Source: Sinorhizobium meliloti
Lineage (GTDB): Bacteria; Pseudomonadota; Alphaproteobacteria; Rhizobiales; Rhizobiaceae
NCBI RefSeq assembly: GCF_017876815.1
Contig: NZ_JAGIOS010000001.1
Span: forward strand, 1,410,001-1,442,000
DNA: 32,000 nt
Direction: 5' to 3'
A program made the position numbers and the translations under genes. The notes beneath the pieces were generated by a model that was not told the origin of the DNA, made no database searches, and saw only the letters and a list, made by a program, of their open reading frames with translations. Positions 1 to 7,854 of the stretch are shown piece after piece (the stretch's first letter is position 1; each line of letters begins with the position of its first letter).

Positions 1-1
1 C

Positions 2-535
2 GACAACTTCTCCGGCCGCGACTGGAACCTCGCCTCGGCGATGGTCATCGAGAACAAGGCCGGCCTGCAGTTCATGGGTGACTGGGCGAAGGGCGAGTTC
101 CTGAAGGCGAAGAAGGTGCCCGGCACCGATTTCGTCTGCATGCGCTTCCCCGGAACGCAAGGTTCGGTCACCTTCAATTCCGACCAGTTCGCAATGTTCA
201 AGGTTTCGGAAGACAAGGTTCCGGCACAGCTGCAGATGGCTTCGGCAATCGAGAGCCCGGCCTTCCAGTCGGCCTTCAACGTCGTCAAGGGGTCCGTTCC
301 CGCCCGCACCGACGTCCCCGATACCGATTTCGACGCCTGCGGCAAGAAGGGCATCAAGGACCTCGCGGAAGCCAATACCAACGGCACGCTTTTCGGCTCC
401 ATGGCCCACGGTCATGCCAATCCGGCTGCCGTCAAGAACGCGATCTACGACGTGGTCACGCGCCAGTTCAACGGCGAACTCAACTCGGAAGAGGCGGTGA
501 CGGAACTCGTCGCGGCGGTCGAGGCTGCGAAGTAA
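2..535 (+). CDS. Sugar ABC transporter periplasmic solute-binding protein, C-terminal part (5' end lies outside the window)
   Basis: The frame is open from position 2 to TAA at 533-535. The translation (..[25 protein letters not shown]..) resembles CUT1 glucose/mannose-type binding proteins (GtsA-like, from memory). Two permease genes and an ATPase gene follow on the same strand. Confidence 0.8.
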   Translation, partial: DNFSGRDWNLASAMVIENKAGLQFMGDWAKGEFLKAKKVPGTDFVCMRFPGTQGSVTFNSDQFAMFKVSEDKVPAQLQMASAIESPAFQSAFNVVKGSVPARTDVPDTDFDACGKKGIKDLAEANTNGTLFGSMAHGHANPAAVKNAIYDVVTRQFNGELNSEEAVTELVAAVEAAK

Positions 536-552
536 GGCGGAGCGAGGGAAGT

Positions 553-681
553 TGCCCTTCTCCTCGGGTTAAACCCGAGGACTAACCCTCTCCCCGCTCG
601 CGGGGAGAGGGGACGGAGGCGGCGCGGCATACCCCTTCTCCCCGCATGCGGGGAGAAGGTGCCGGCAGGCGGATGAGGGGC
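553..681. repeat. Intergenic mosaic repeat (RIME/Sm-repeat-like), copy A: three GC-rich palindromes plus a conserved tail
   Basis: Perfect palindrome CCTCGGGTT-A-AACCCGAGG at 562-580. Palindrome CCCTCTCCCCG-CTCG-CGGGGAGAGGG at 586-611. Palindrome CCTTCTCCCCGCATGCGGGGAGAAGG at 634-659, followed by TGCCGGCAGGCGGATGAGGGGC at 660-681. The last two modules recur at 5910-6039 and the last one at 11249-11412. Confidence 0.85.
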
Positions 682-707
682 AGACCGCGGCACGAACGAA
701 ACATACG

Positions 708-1598
708 GTGGTAGCAAACATGGATAGCCGCAACCGGCTGCAGGAGCTTTTGCCGAAGCTCGTGCTCGCCCCCAGCTTTCTCATAGTTCTGGTGTTCGTC
801 TACGGCTTCATAGCCTATACGGGCTTCCTGTCGATGACGGACAGCAAGATGCTGCCGTCCTACAATTTCGTGGGTTTGAGCAATTACAGCCGGCTTTGGG
901 CCCTGCCGCATTGGTGGCGCGCGGTCAGCAACCTGGCGATCTTCGCCACGCTCTACATCGCCGTCTGCTCGGTGCTGGGACTGGCGCTGGCGATCCTGCT
1001 CGACCAGAAGATCCGCGCTGAGGGATTTCTGAGGCCCGTCTATCTCTATCCGATGGCGCTTTCCTTCATCGTCACCGGCACCGCATGGAAATGGTTCCTC
1101 GATCCGGGGATCGGGCTCGAGAACACGATGCATCTCTGGGGCTGGGAAAGCTTCTCGTTCAACTGGATCAAGGACCGCAACTACGCGATCTACTGCGTCG
1201 TCATCGCCGCCGTCTGGCAGTCGACCGGCTTCATCATGGCGATGTTCCTGGCGGGTCTGCGCGGCGTCGACAACGAGATCATCAAGGCCGCCCAGATCGA
1301 CGGGGCGACGACCCCCACCATCTATCGGCGGATCATCATTCCCCTGATGCGGCCGGTCTTCCTTTCGGCTTTTGTCGTCCTCGCCCATCTGGCCATCAAG
1401 GCCTACGACCTGATCATCGCACTGACGGGCGGCGGGCCGGGGCAGGCGACCGAGCTGCCGGCGACCTTCATGTATTCCTACACCTTCACCCGAAACCAGA
1501 TGGCGATCGGCGCCTCGTCGGCGATCGTGATGCTGGTGATGATCTTCTCGATCATCGTTCCCTATCTATATTCCGAAGTCCGGGGAGGAAAACGCTGA
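708..1598 (+). CDS. Sugar ABC transporter permease (MalF/UgpA-like, CUT1)
   Basis: 296-aa hydrophobic ORF with multiple predicted TM segments and an EAA-like loop (IKAAQIDGATTPTIYRRIIIPL). GTG start at 708, with an alternative ATG at 720. Its stop overlaps the next start (TGATG at 1596-1600). Confidence 0.85.
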   Translation: MVANMDSRNRLQELLPKLVLAPSFLIVLVFVYGFIAYTGFLSMTDSKMLPSYNFVGLSNYSRLWALPHWWRAVSNLAIFATLYIAVCSVLGLALAILLDQKIRAEGFLRPVYLYPMALSFIVTGTAWKWFLDPGIGLENTMHLWGWESFSFNWIKDRNYAIYCVVIAAVWQSTGFIMAMFLAGLRGVDNEIIKAAQIDGATTPTIYRRIIIPLMRPVFLSAFVVLAHLAIKAYDLIIALTGGGPGQATELPATFMYSYTFTRNQMAIGASSAIVMLVMIFSIIVPYLYSEVRGGKR

Positions 1599-2479
1599 TG
1601 GGCGCTCCCAATCCCGAGAACGTCATCTCGCACAACCGCCTGACGCGCGCCCTGATCTATTCGGCGCTGATCCTCTTCGCACTCTATTCGCTGCTGCCGC
1701 TCTACGTGATGCTGGTGAATTCCCTGAAGCCGCTGGATGAGATTCGCCAGGGCGGCATGCTGAACCTGCCTCAGACCTGGACCGTCGAACCGTGGCTCTC
1801 GGCCTGGTCGACGGCGCAGATCGGCGTGCAGCCGACGGGCCTTCGACCTTTCTTCATCAATTCGATCCTGATGGTCGTTCCGGCCGTGGCGATCTCCACG
1901 ATCATCGGCGCGCTCAACGGCTACGTGCTGACCAAGTGGCGCTTCCCCGGCGCGAACATATTCTTCGGCATGCTGCTTCTCTCCTGCTTCATCCCCTTCC
2001 AGATCGTGCTGATCCCGATGGCGCGCATTCTCGGTATTCTCGGCATCGCCGGTTCGATCTGGGGTCTGATCCTGGTTCATGTGGTCTACGGTATCGGCTT
2101 CACGACGCTCTATTTCCGCAACTACTACGAGGCCTTCCCGACCGAGCTGGTGCGTGCGGCGCAGATCGACGGCGCCAGCTTCTTCCAGATATTCCGGCGG
2201 ATATTGCTGCCGTCGTCAGGGCCGATCATCGTCGTCTCGGTCATCTGGCAGTTCACCAATATCTGGAACGACTTCCTGTTCGGGGCCTCGTTCTCCGGGC
2301 CGTATTCAACGCCGATGACGGTGGCTCTCAACAATCTCGTGAGCTCGTCAACGGGGGTCAAGGAATACAATGTCCACTTCGCCGGCGCGATCCTCGCCGC
2401 CCTGCCAACGCTCATCGTCTACATCGTGTCCGGCCGCTATTTCGTCCGCGGGCTGATGTCCGGCGCCGTGAAAGGATAA
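1598..2479 (+). CDS. Sugar ABC transporter permease (MalG/UgpE-like, CUT1)
   Basis: The ATG at 1598 overlaps the upstream stop. The translation MGAPNPENVISHNRLTRALIYSALILFALY.. is hydrophobic and carries an EAA loop (VRAAQIDGASFFQIFRRILLP). The 1085-1597 part of the track ORF overlaps the previous gene in another frame and is not coding. Confidence 0.85.
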   Translation: MGAPNPENVISHNRLTRALIYSALILFALYSLLPLYVMLVNSLKPLDEIRQGGMLNLPQTWTVEPWLSAWSTAQIGVQPTGLRPFFINSILMVVPAVAISTIIGALNGYVLTKWRFPGANIFFGMLLLSCFIPFQIVLIPMARILGILGIAGSIWGLILVHVVYGIGFTTLYFRNYYEAFPTELVRAAQIDGASFFQIFRRILLPSSGPIIVVSVIWQFTNIWNDFLFGASFSGPYSTPMTVALNNLVSSSTGVKEYNVHFAGAILAALPTLIVYIVSGRYFVRGLMSGAVKG

Positions 2480-2482
2480 GCC

Positions 2483-3595
2483 ATGTCGTTTCTGAAGATC
2501 ACCAATCTGCGCAAATCCTACGGTGCCCTCGAGATCTTGAAGGACATCAACCTGGAGATCGAAGAAGGCGGCTTCCTCGTGCTGGTCGGCCCCTCCGGCT
2601 GCGGCAAGTCGACGCTTCTGAACACGATCGCCGGCCTGGAGCCGATCACCTCGGGCGACATCGCCATAAACGGCCGCTCGGTTTCGGGGCTGCACCCGTC
2701 GAAGCGCGACATCGCCATGGTCTTCCAGTCCTATGCGCTCTATCCGAACATGACTGTGGCCGGGAACATCGCCTTCGGCATGGAGATCCGCGGCGTGCCG
2801 AAGGAGGAACGCGAGAAGGCGATCAAGCAGGTGGCCGACATGCTGCAGATCGGCCATCTGCTCGACCGCAAGCCGAGCCAGCTTTCCGGCGGCCAGCGCC
2901 AGCGCGTGGCCATGGGCCGGGCGCTGGTGCGCAATCCCCAGGTCTTCCTCTTCGACGAGCCGCTCTCGAACCTCGACGCGAAGCTTCGCGTCGACATGCG
3001 CACCGAGATCAAGCGGCTGCATCACCGCATGAAGACGACCATCGTCTATGTGACGCACGACCAGATCGAGGCGATGACGCTCGCGACCAAGATCGCCGTC
3101 CTGAAGGACGGCGTGCTGCAGCAGTTCGGAACGCCGGCGGAGATCTACAACAACCCCGCCAACATGTTCGTTGCCGATTTCATGGGATCGCCTGCGATGA
3201 ACCTGCTCAAAGCGCAGATAGAGACCGCAGGCTCGCAAGTCTCGGTGACGCTGGCGCGGCCGAATGCCGAACCCTTGAGACTCGCCGTGCCGCATAACGG
3301 CGCGCTCTCCGCCTATGCCGGCAAGGAGGTGGTCTTCGGCATCCGTCCGGAAGCGCTCACCGACCCGGACGGGGCGGACCGCAATGCGCAATTCGTCGCC
3401 GAAGGCGAATGCCTGATCGAGGTGGTCGAGCCGGCCGGCTCCGATACCTTTGCCGTCACGAGGCTCGGCGGCAAGGAAATCGTCGCAAGGCTCAGGGCCG
3501 ATGCGCGCATCGCGCCCGGCCAGACGTCACGGCTCGCCTTCAACCTCGACAAGGCCGTCTTCTTCGACCCGCAAAGCGAAAAGCGGATTGCATGA
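2483..3595 (+). CDS. Sugar ABC transporter ATP-binding protein (MalK/UgpC-like)
   Basis: Walker A GPSGCGKST, signature LSGGQRQRVAMGRAL and Walker B VFLFDEPLSNLDA, plus a C-terminal MalK-type regulatory/TOBE-like region. An AAAGGA Shine-Dalgarno lies upstream of the ATG at 2483. Confidence 0.92.
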   Translation: MSFLKITNLRKSYGALEILKDINLEIEEGGFLVLVGPSGCGKSTLLNTIAGLEPITSGDIAINGRSVSGLHPSKRDIAMVFQSYALYPNMTVAGNIAFGMEIRGVPKEEREKAIKQVADMLQIGHLLDRKPSQLSGGQRQRVAMGRALVRNPQVFLFDEPLSNLDAKLRVDMRTEIKRLHHRMKTTIVYVTHDQIEAMTLATKIAVLKDGVLQQFGTPAEIYNNPANMFVADFMGSPAMNLLKAQIETAGSQVSVTLARPNAEPLRLAVPHNGALSAYAGKEVVFGIRPEALTDPDGADRNAQFVAEGECLIEVVEPAGSDTFAVTRLGGKEIVARLRADARIAPGQTSRLAFNLDKAVFFDPQSEKRIA

Positions 3596-5112
3596 GGAAG
3601 ACGATGGAGAGCCAGCCGGATATCGTCATCATCGGATCGGGAGTCGGCGGCGCAACGGTCGCTGCGGGCCTTGCTGCCTCGGGCGCCGAGATACTGATCC
3701 TCGAAGCGGGCTCGCATATCGAGGACCTGCCGGTCAATCGCGACCAGCGGGCGATCTTCCAGCGCGGCCATTTCCGCCCGAAGGAGACCTGGTACGAGGC
3801 CGGCGGCCCCGGCTTCAATCCCGGCAATTACTACAATGTCGGCGGCAATTCGAAGTTCTACGGCGCGGTGCTGACCCGCTATCGCCGGGAGGATTTCGAG
3901 GAGATGCAGCATCGGGACGGCGTCTCCCCGGCCTGGCCCTTTTCCTATGAGGAGCTCGAGCCGTGGTATTCCAGGGCAGAGCAGCTTTACCAAGTGCGAG
4001 GCAAATTGGGCGAGGACCCGACGGAGCCCGCTCATTCGAGCGGCTATCCCCATGGCCCGGTGCCGGACGAGCCTGCGATCGCCATGGTCCGCGAGCGCCT
4101 GGCCGAGATCGGCCTCCATCCCTATTCGCTGCCGCTCGGCGTCGATATCGAGCGCTGGCTCGCCAAGGGCAAGACGCCGTGGGACGCGCATCCGAACTCG
4201 TCCGACGGCAAGATGGATGCCGAAACGGCGGCGCTGGCGGCGGCGCTGAAATTTCCGAATGTGCGGCTGCAGACCGGCTCGCGAGTGACCCGGCTCGTAA
4301 CCGGGCCGGACGGCAAGGCGATCGAAACCGTGCTCTACGCCAGGGACGGGGCAGAGCACAGTCTTTCGCCGAAGCTCGTCATCCTCTGCGCCGGCGCGGT
4401 GCAGTCGGCCGTACTGCTCCTGCGCTCGGCCGACGACAGCAATCCGACCGGGCTTGCCAACCGGTCCGATCAGGTCGGCCGCAATTTCATGAACCACAAT
4501 TCGAGCGCCGTCATCGCGCTCAGCCCCTGGTACCGGAACGACTCGGTCTATCAGAAGACCTTCGGCCTCAACGACTTCTATCTCTCCGACGGTGCGGGCG
4601 GGCCGCCGCTCGGCAATGTCCAGCTTCTCGGCCGCATTTCCGGCGCGATACTGAAGGCGAACATGCCGGCAATGCCGGAATGGCTGCTAAACCGGGTGTC
4701 CGCCCGCGGCATCGACTTCTACGCCATGAGCGAGGACCTGCCCTCACCGGAAAGCCGCGTCATGGTCGACGGCGAGCGCGTTGTGCTGAAATGGGTGCGC
4801 ACCAATTGGCAGGCCCATCTCGACCTCGTCGCCAGGCTCAAGGCGGTGCTGAAGAAAGCCGGCTTCCCGATCGTGCTCGCACGGGCCTTCGACAAGCGGA
4901 CGCCCTCGCACCAGTGCGGCACGGTCCGGATCGGCAATGATCCCGGCCAGGCGCCGCTCGACGTCTATTGCCGCGCCTTCGATCATCCGAATCTCTTCGT
5001 CGTCGATGCCGGCTTCCTGCCGACCTCCGCCGCCGTCAATCCGGCGCTGACCGTCGCGGCACAGGCGCTGCGTGTCGCCGACCATATCGTGAAACAGGAT
5101 CTGCGGCCATGA
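3592..5112 (+). CDS. GMC-family FAD-dependent oxidoreductase (substrate unknown)
   Basis: N-terminal Rossmann motif DIVIIGSGVGGATVA. C-terminal GMC-type region ..HQCGTVRIG..NLFVVDAGFLPTSAAVNP. The ATG at 3592 overlaps the ATPase stop (ATGA); an alternative ATG is at 3604. The track ORF from 3409 is an out-of-frame overlap extension. Confidence 0.8.
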   Translation: MRKTMESQPDIVIIGSGVGGATVAAGLAASGAEILILEAGSHIEDLPVNRDQRAIFQRGHFRPKETWYEAGGPGFNPGNYYNVGGNSKFYGAVLTRYRREDFEEMQHRDGVSPAWPFSYEELEPWYSRAEQLYQVRGKLGEDPTEPAHSSGYPHGPVPDEPAIAMVRERLAEIGLHPYSLPLGVDIERWLAKGKTPWDAHPNSSDGKMDAETAALAAALKFPNVRLQTGSRVTRLVTGPDGKAIETVLYARDGAEHSLSPKLVILCAGAVQSAVLLLRSADDSNPTGLANRSDQVGRNFMNHNSSAVIALSPWYRNDSVYQKTFGLNDFYLSDGAGGPPLGNVQLLGRISGAILKANMPAMPEWLLNRVSARGIDFYAMSEDLPSPESRVMVDGERVVLKWVRTNWQAHLDLVARLKAVLKKAGFPIVLARAFDKRTPSHQCGTVRIGNDPGQAPLDVYCRAFDHPNLFVVDAGFLPTSAAVNPALTVAAQALRVADHIVKQDLRP

Positions 5113-5882
5113 CCCAGAAGGCACGCCCCGTCGCGATCGTCACCGGCGGCCGCCGCGGCATCGGGCTCGGTATCGCCCGGGCACTCGCGGCGAGCGGCTT
5201 CGACATCGCCATCACCGGCATTGGCGATGCGGAGGGTGTCGCGCCCGTAATCGCCGAGCTCAGCGGGCTCGGCGCCCGGGTGATCTTCCTGCGCGCCGAT
5301 CTTGCCGACCTTTCGAGCCATCAGGCGACCGTCGACGCGGTCGTCGCGGAATTCGGCCGGATCGACTGCCTCGTCAACAATGCCGGCATCGCCTCCATCG
5401 TGCGCGACGATTTTCTCGATCTGAAGCCGGAGAATTTCGACACGATCGTCGGCGTCAATCTGCGCGGCACGGTGTTTTTCACGCAGGCCGTTTTGAAGGC
5501 GATGCTGGCGAGCGACGCTCGAGCGTCGCGCTCGATCATCAACATCACCTCGGTCTCGGCCGTGATGACGTCGCCCGAGCGGCTCGACTACTGCATGAGC
5601 AAGGCGGGGCTTGCGGCCTTCAGCCAGGGCCTGGCGCTGAGGCTCGCCGAGACCGGCATCGCGGTCTTCGAAGTCCGTCCCGGCATCATCCGCTCGGACA
5701 TGACGGCTGCGGTTTCCGGCAAATACGACGGTCTGATTGAAAGCGGTCTGGTGCCGATGCGGCGTTGGGGCGAACCCGAGGACATCGGCAATATCGTCGC
5801 CGGCCTCGCCGGCGGGCAGTTCGGTTTCGCCACAGGCTCTGTCATCCAGGCGGATGGAGGGCTCTCGATCGGGCGGTTGTGA
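5109..5882 (+). CDS. Short-chain dehydrogenase/reductase (SDR)
   Basis: Motifs TGGRRGIGLGIA (TGxxxGxG), NNAG and YCMSKAG (YxxxK). The ATG at 5109 overlaps the upstream TGA (ATGA). Confidence 0.88.
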   Translation: MTQKARPVAIVTGGRRGIGLGIARALAASGFDIAITGIGDAEGVAPVIAELSGLGARVIFLRADLADLSSHQATVDAVVAEFGRIDCLVNNAGIASIVRDDFLDLKPENFDTIVGVNLRGTVFFTQAVLKAMLASDARASRSIINITSVSAVMTSPERLDYCMSKAGLAAFSQGLALRLAETGIAVFEVRPGIIRSDMTAAVSGKYDGLIESGLVPMRRWGEPEDIGNIVAGLAGGQFGFATGSVIQADGGLSIGRL

Positions 5883-5909
5883 ATTTTCCTCTCGCCGGTC
5901 GTGAGATTT

Positions 5910-6039
5910 GCCCCTCACCCTAACCCTCTCCCCGCAGGCGGGGAGAGGGGACGTGCGCCGACGAGATGGTGGCGAGTGGTTGCCGCGAGTCCCTTCTCCC
6001 CGCCTGCGGGGAGAAGGTGGCGGCAGCCGGATGAGGGGC
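5910..6039. repeat. Intergenic mosaic repeat (RIME/Sm-repeat-like), copy B
   Basis: Palindrome CCCTCTCCCCGCAGGCGGGGAGAGGG at 5924-5949. Palindrome CCCTTCTCCCCGCCTGCGGGGAGAAGG at 5991-6017, followed by TGGCGGCAGCCGGATGAGGGGC through 6039. An 8-bp terminal inverted repeat (GCCCCTCA ... TGAGGGGC) bounds the element. Module order is the same as in copy A. Confidence 0.85.
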
Positions 6040-6087
6040 CCGATAGCTGATACCGCGCCCGAAGCGCGTGACTTTGAGGACATGTGA

Positions 6088-7743
6088 ATGACCTACGACT
6101 ACATCATCACGGGGGCCGGTCCGGCCGGCTGCGTGCTCGCCAACCGCCTGAGCGAGGACCCGGACGTCAGGGTGCTGCTGCTCGAAGCCGGCGGCGGCGA
6201 CTGGAATCCGCTGTTCCACATGCCGGCCGGCTTCGCCAAGATGACCAAGGGGGTCGCCAGCTGGGGCTGGCACACGGTGCCGCAGAAGCACATGAAGGGC
6301 AGGGTGCTGCGCTATACCCAGGCCAAGGTGATCGGCGGCGGTTCTTCCATCAATGCACAGCTCTATACCCGCGGCAATGCGGCCGACTACGACCTGTGGG
6401 CGAGTGAGGAGGGCTGCGCCGGCTGGGACTATCGCAGCGTGCTTCCCTATTTCAAGCGCGCCGAGGACAATCAGCGCTTCGCCGACGACTATCATTCCTA
6501 TGGCGGTCCGCTCGGCGTTTCCATGCCGGTTTCGGCGCTGCCGATCTGCGACGCCTATATCCGCGCCGGCCAGGAACTCGGCATTCCCTACAACCACGAC
6601 TTCAACGGCAGGCAACAGGCGGGCGTCGGCTTCTATCAGCTGACGCAGCGCAACCGCCGCCGGTCCTCCGCCTCGCTCGCCTATCTGTCGCCGATCAAGG
6701 ATCGCCCGAATCTGACGGTTCGCACCGGCGCCCGCGTCGCGCGCATCATGCTCGAGGGCAGGCGCGCCGTCGGAGTGGAAGTCGTGACGGGGAGGGGCAG
6801 CGAGATCATCCGCGCCGATCGCGAGGTGCTGGTCTCGTCGGGTGCGATCGGTTCGCCGAAACTGCTGTTGCAGTCCGGCATCGGCCCGGCCGATCACCTT
6901 CGTTCCGTCGGCGTCGAGGTCAGGCACGATCTCCCCGGTGTGGGCGGCAATCTCCAGGACCATCTGGATCTCTTCGTCATCTCCGAATGCACCGGCGATC
7001 ATACCTATGACGGCGTCGCCAGGCTGCACCGCACGCTCTGGGCCGGGCTGCAATATGTGCTCTTCCGCTCCGGCCCGGTCGCTTCGTCTCTCTTCGAGAC
7101 CGGCGGCTTCTGGTATGCCGATCCGAATGCCCGCTCGCCGGACATCCAGTTCCATCTCGGTCTCGGTTCGGGCATCGAGGCCGGGGTCGCGCGGCTCAAG
7201 AATGCCGGGGTCACACTCAATTCCGCCTATCTGCACCCGCGCTCGCGCGGCACCGTCCGGCTCTCCTCGGCCGACCCGGCGGCAGCACCCCTGATCGATC
7301 CGAACTACTGGGAGGATCCGCATGATCGGCAGATGTCGCTCGAAGGTTTGAAGATCGCGCGCGAAATCATGCAGCAGCCTGCGCTGAAGCCGTTCGTCCT
7401 CGATGAACGTTTGCCCGGCAACGGCATCCGCACCGACGAGCAGCTCTTCGACTATGGCTGCGCCAACGCCAAGACCGACCACCACCCGGTCGGCACCTGC
7501 AAGATGGGGACCGACGCGGCGGCGGTGGTCGACCTGGAGCTCAAGGTTCGCGGGATCGAGGGCCTGCGCGTCTGCGACAGCTCGGTAATGCCGCGGGTCC
7601 CATCCTGCAACACCAACGGCCCGACGATCATGATGGGCGAGAAGGGGGCCGACATCATCCGCGGATTGCCGCCGCTGCCCCCGGCCGTGTTCCAGCACGA
7701 GCGCAACGACGCGCGCCCGCGGGCGCGCGCGGAGGTCCGCTGA
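6088..7743 (+). CDS. GMC-family oxidoreductase, choline/alcohol dehydrogenase-like (BetA-like)
   Basis: Motifs YDYIITGAGPAGCVLANRLSED, GMC signature GGSSINAQLYTRG, HPVGTCKMG and LRVCDSSVMP. A GAGGA Shine-Dalgarno lies 7 nt upstream of the ATG. Confidence 0.9.
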   Translation: MTYDYIITGAGPAGCVLANRLSEDPDVRVLLLEAGGGDWNPLFHMPAGFAKMTKGVASWGWHTVPQKHMKGRVLRYTQAKVIGGGSSINAQLYTRGNAADYDLWASEEGCAGWDYRSVLPYFKRAEDNQRFADDYHSYGGPLGVSMPVSALPICDAYIRAGQELGIPYNHDFNGRQQAGVGFYQLTQRNRRRSSASLAYLSPIKDRPNLTVRTGARVARIMLEGRRAVGVEVVTGRGSEIIRADREVLVSSGAIGSPKLLLQSGIGPADHLRSVGVEVRHDLPGVGGNLQDHLDLFVISECTGDHTYDGVARLHRTLWAGLQYVLFRSGPVASSLFETGGFWYADPNARSPDIQFHLGLGSGIEAGVARLKNAGVTLNSAYLHPRSRGTVRLSSADPAAAPLIDPNYWEDPHDRQMSLEGLKIAREIMQQPALKPFVLDERLPGNGIRTDEQLFDYGCANAKTDHHPVGTCKMGTDAAAVVDLELKVRGIEGLRVCDSSVMPRVPSCNTNGPTIMMGEKGADIIRGLPPLPPAVFQHERNDARPRARAEVR

Positions 7744-7854
7744 AGGAGCGATCGGGCGTTGCAGTTTCGGGCGGCCGTTCGAAAAATCGTTGCGGCGGCT
7801 GAAGGCGGCGTCCAAGGTGCCTTCGTCCTTATCCAGAAATCCCGGTCTGATTCC

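Noticed and set aside
445-784. Short ORFs (445-717, 569-784, and the start of 582-1388) in the first intergenic region; likewise 11233-11517, 11334-11597 and 11342-11818
   Set aside because: They are generated by the GC-rich palindromic repeats (peptides such as LSPRAGRG, FSPHAGRRG, PVERGEGAGRR). The same pseudo-peptides recur wherever the repeat occurs, in both orientations.
1085-1597. N-terminal extensions of track ORFs (1085-1597 for permease 2, 3409-3591 for GMC-1, 4968-5108 for the SDR, 7759-7854 for the glycerate kinase, 15663-15887 for the FAD oxidase, 27052-27195 for OpgC)
   Set aside because: Each extension overlaps the preceding gene in another frame, or in the OpgC case overlaps the ndvB terminator. 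None shows family similarity. Internal starts with coupling overlaps or homologue-like N-termini explain the data better.
5920-7815. A 631-aa minus-strand ORF opposite the BetA-like GMC gene, with related shadow ORFs at 4983-6083, 3313-4497 and 7861-9186
   Set aside because: These are antisense shadows. Their C-terminal or N-terminal parts read through the mosaic repeat, producing the tell-tale peptides ..FSPQAGRR.. and ..PSPRLRGEG.., which are translations of the palindromes and not real protein.
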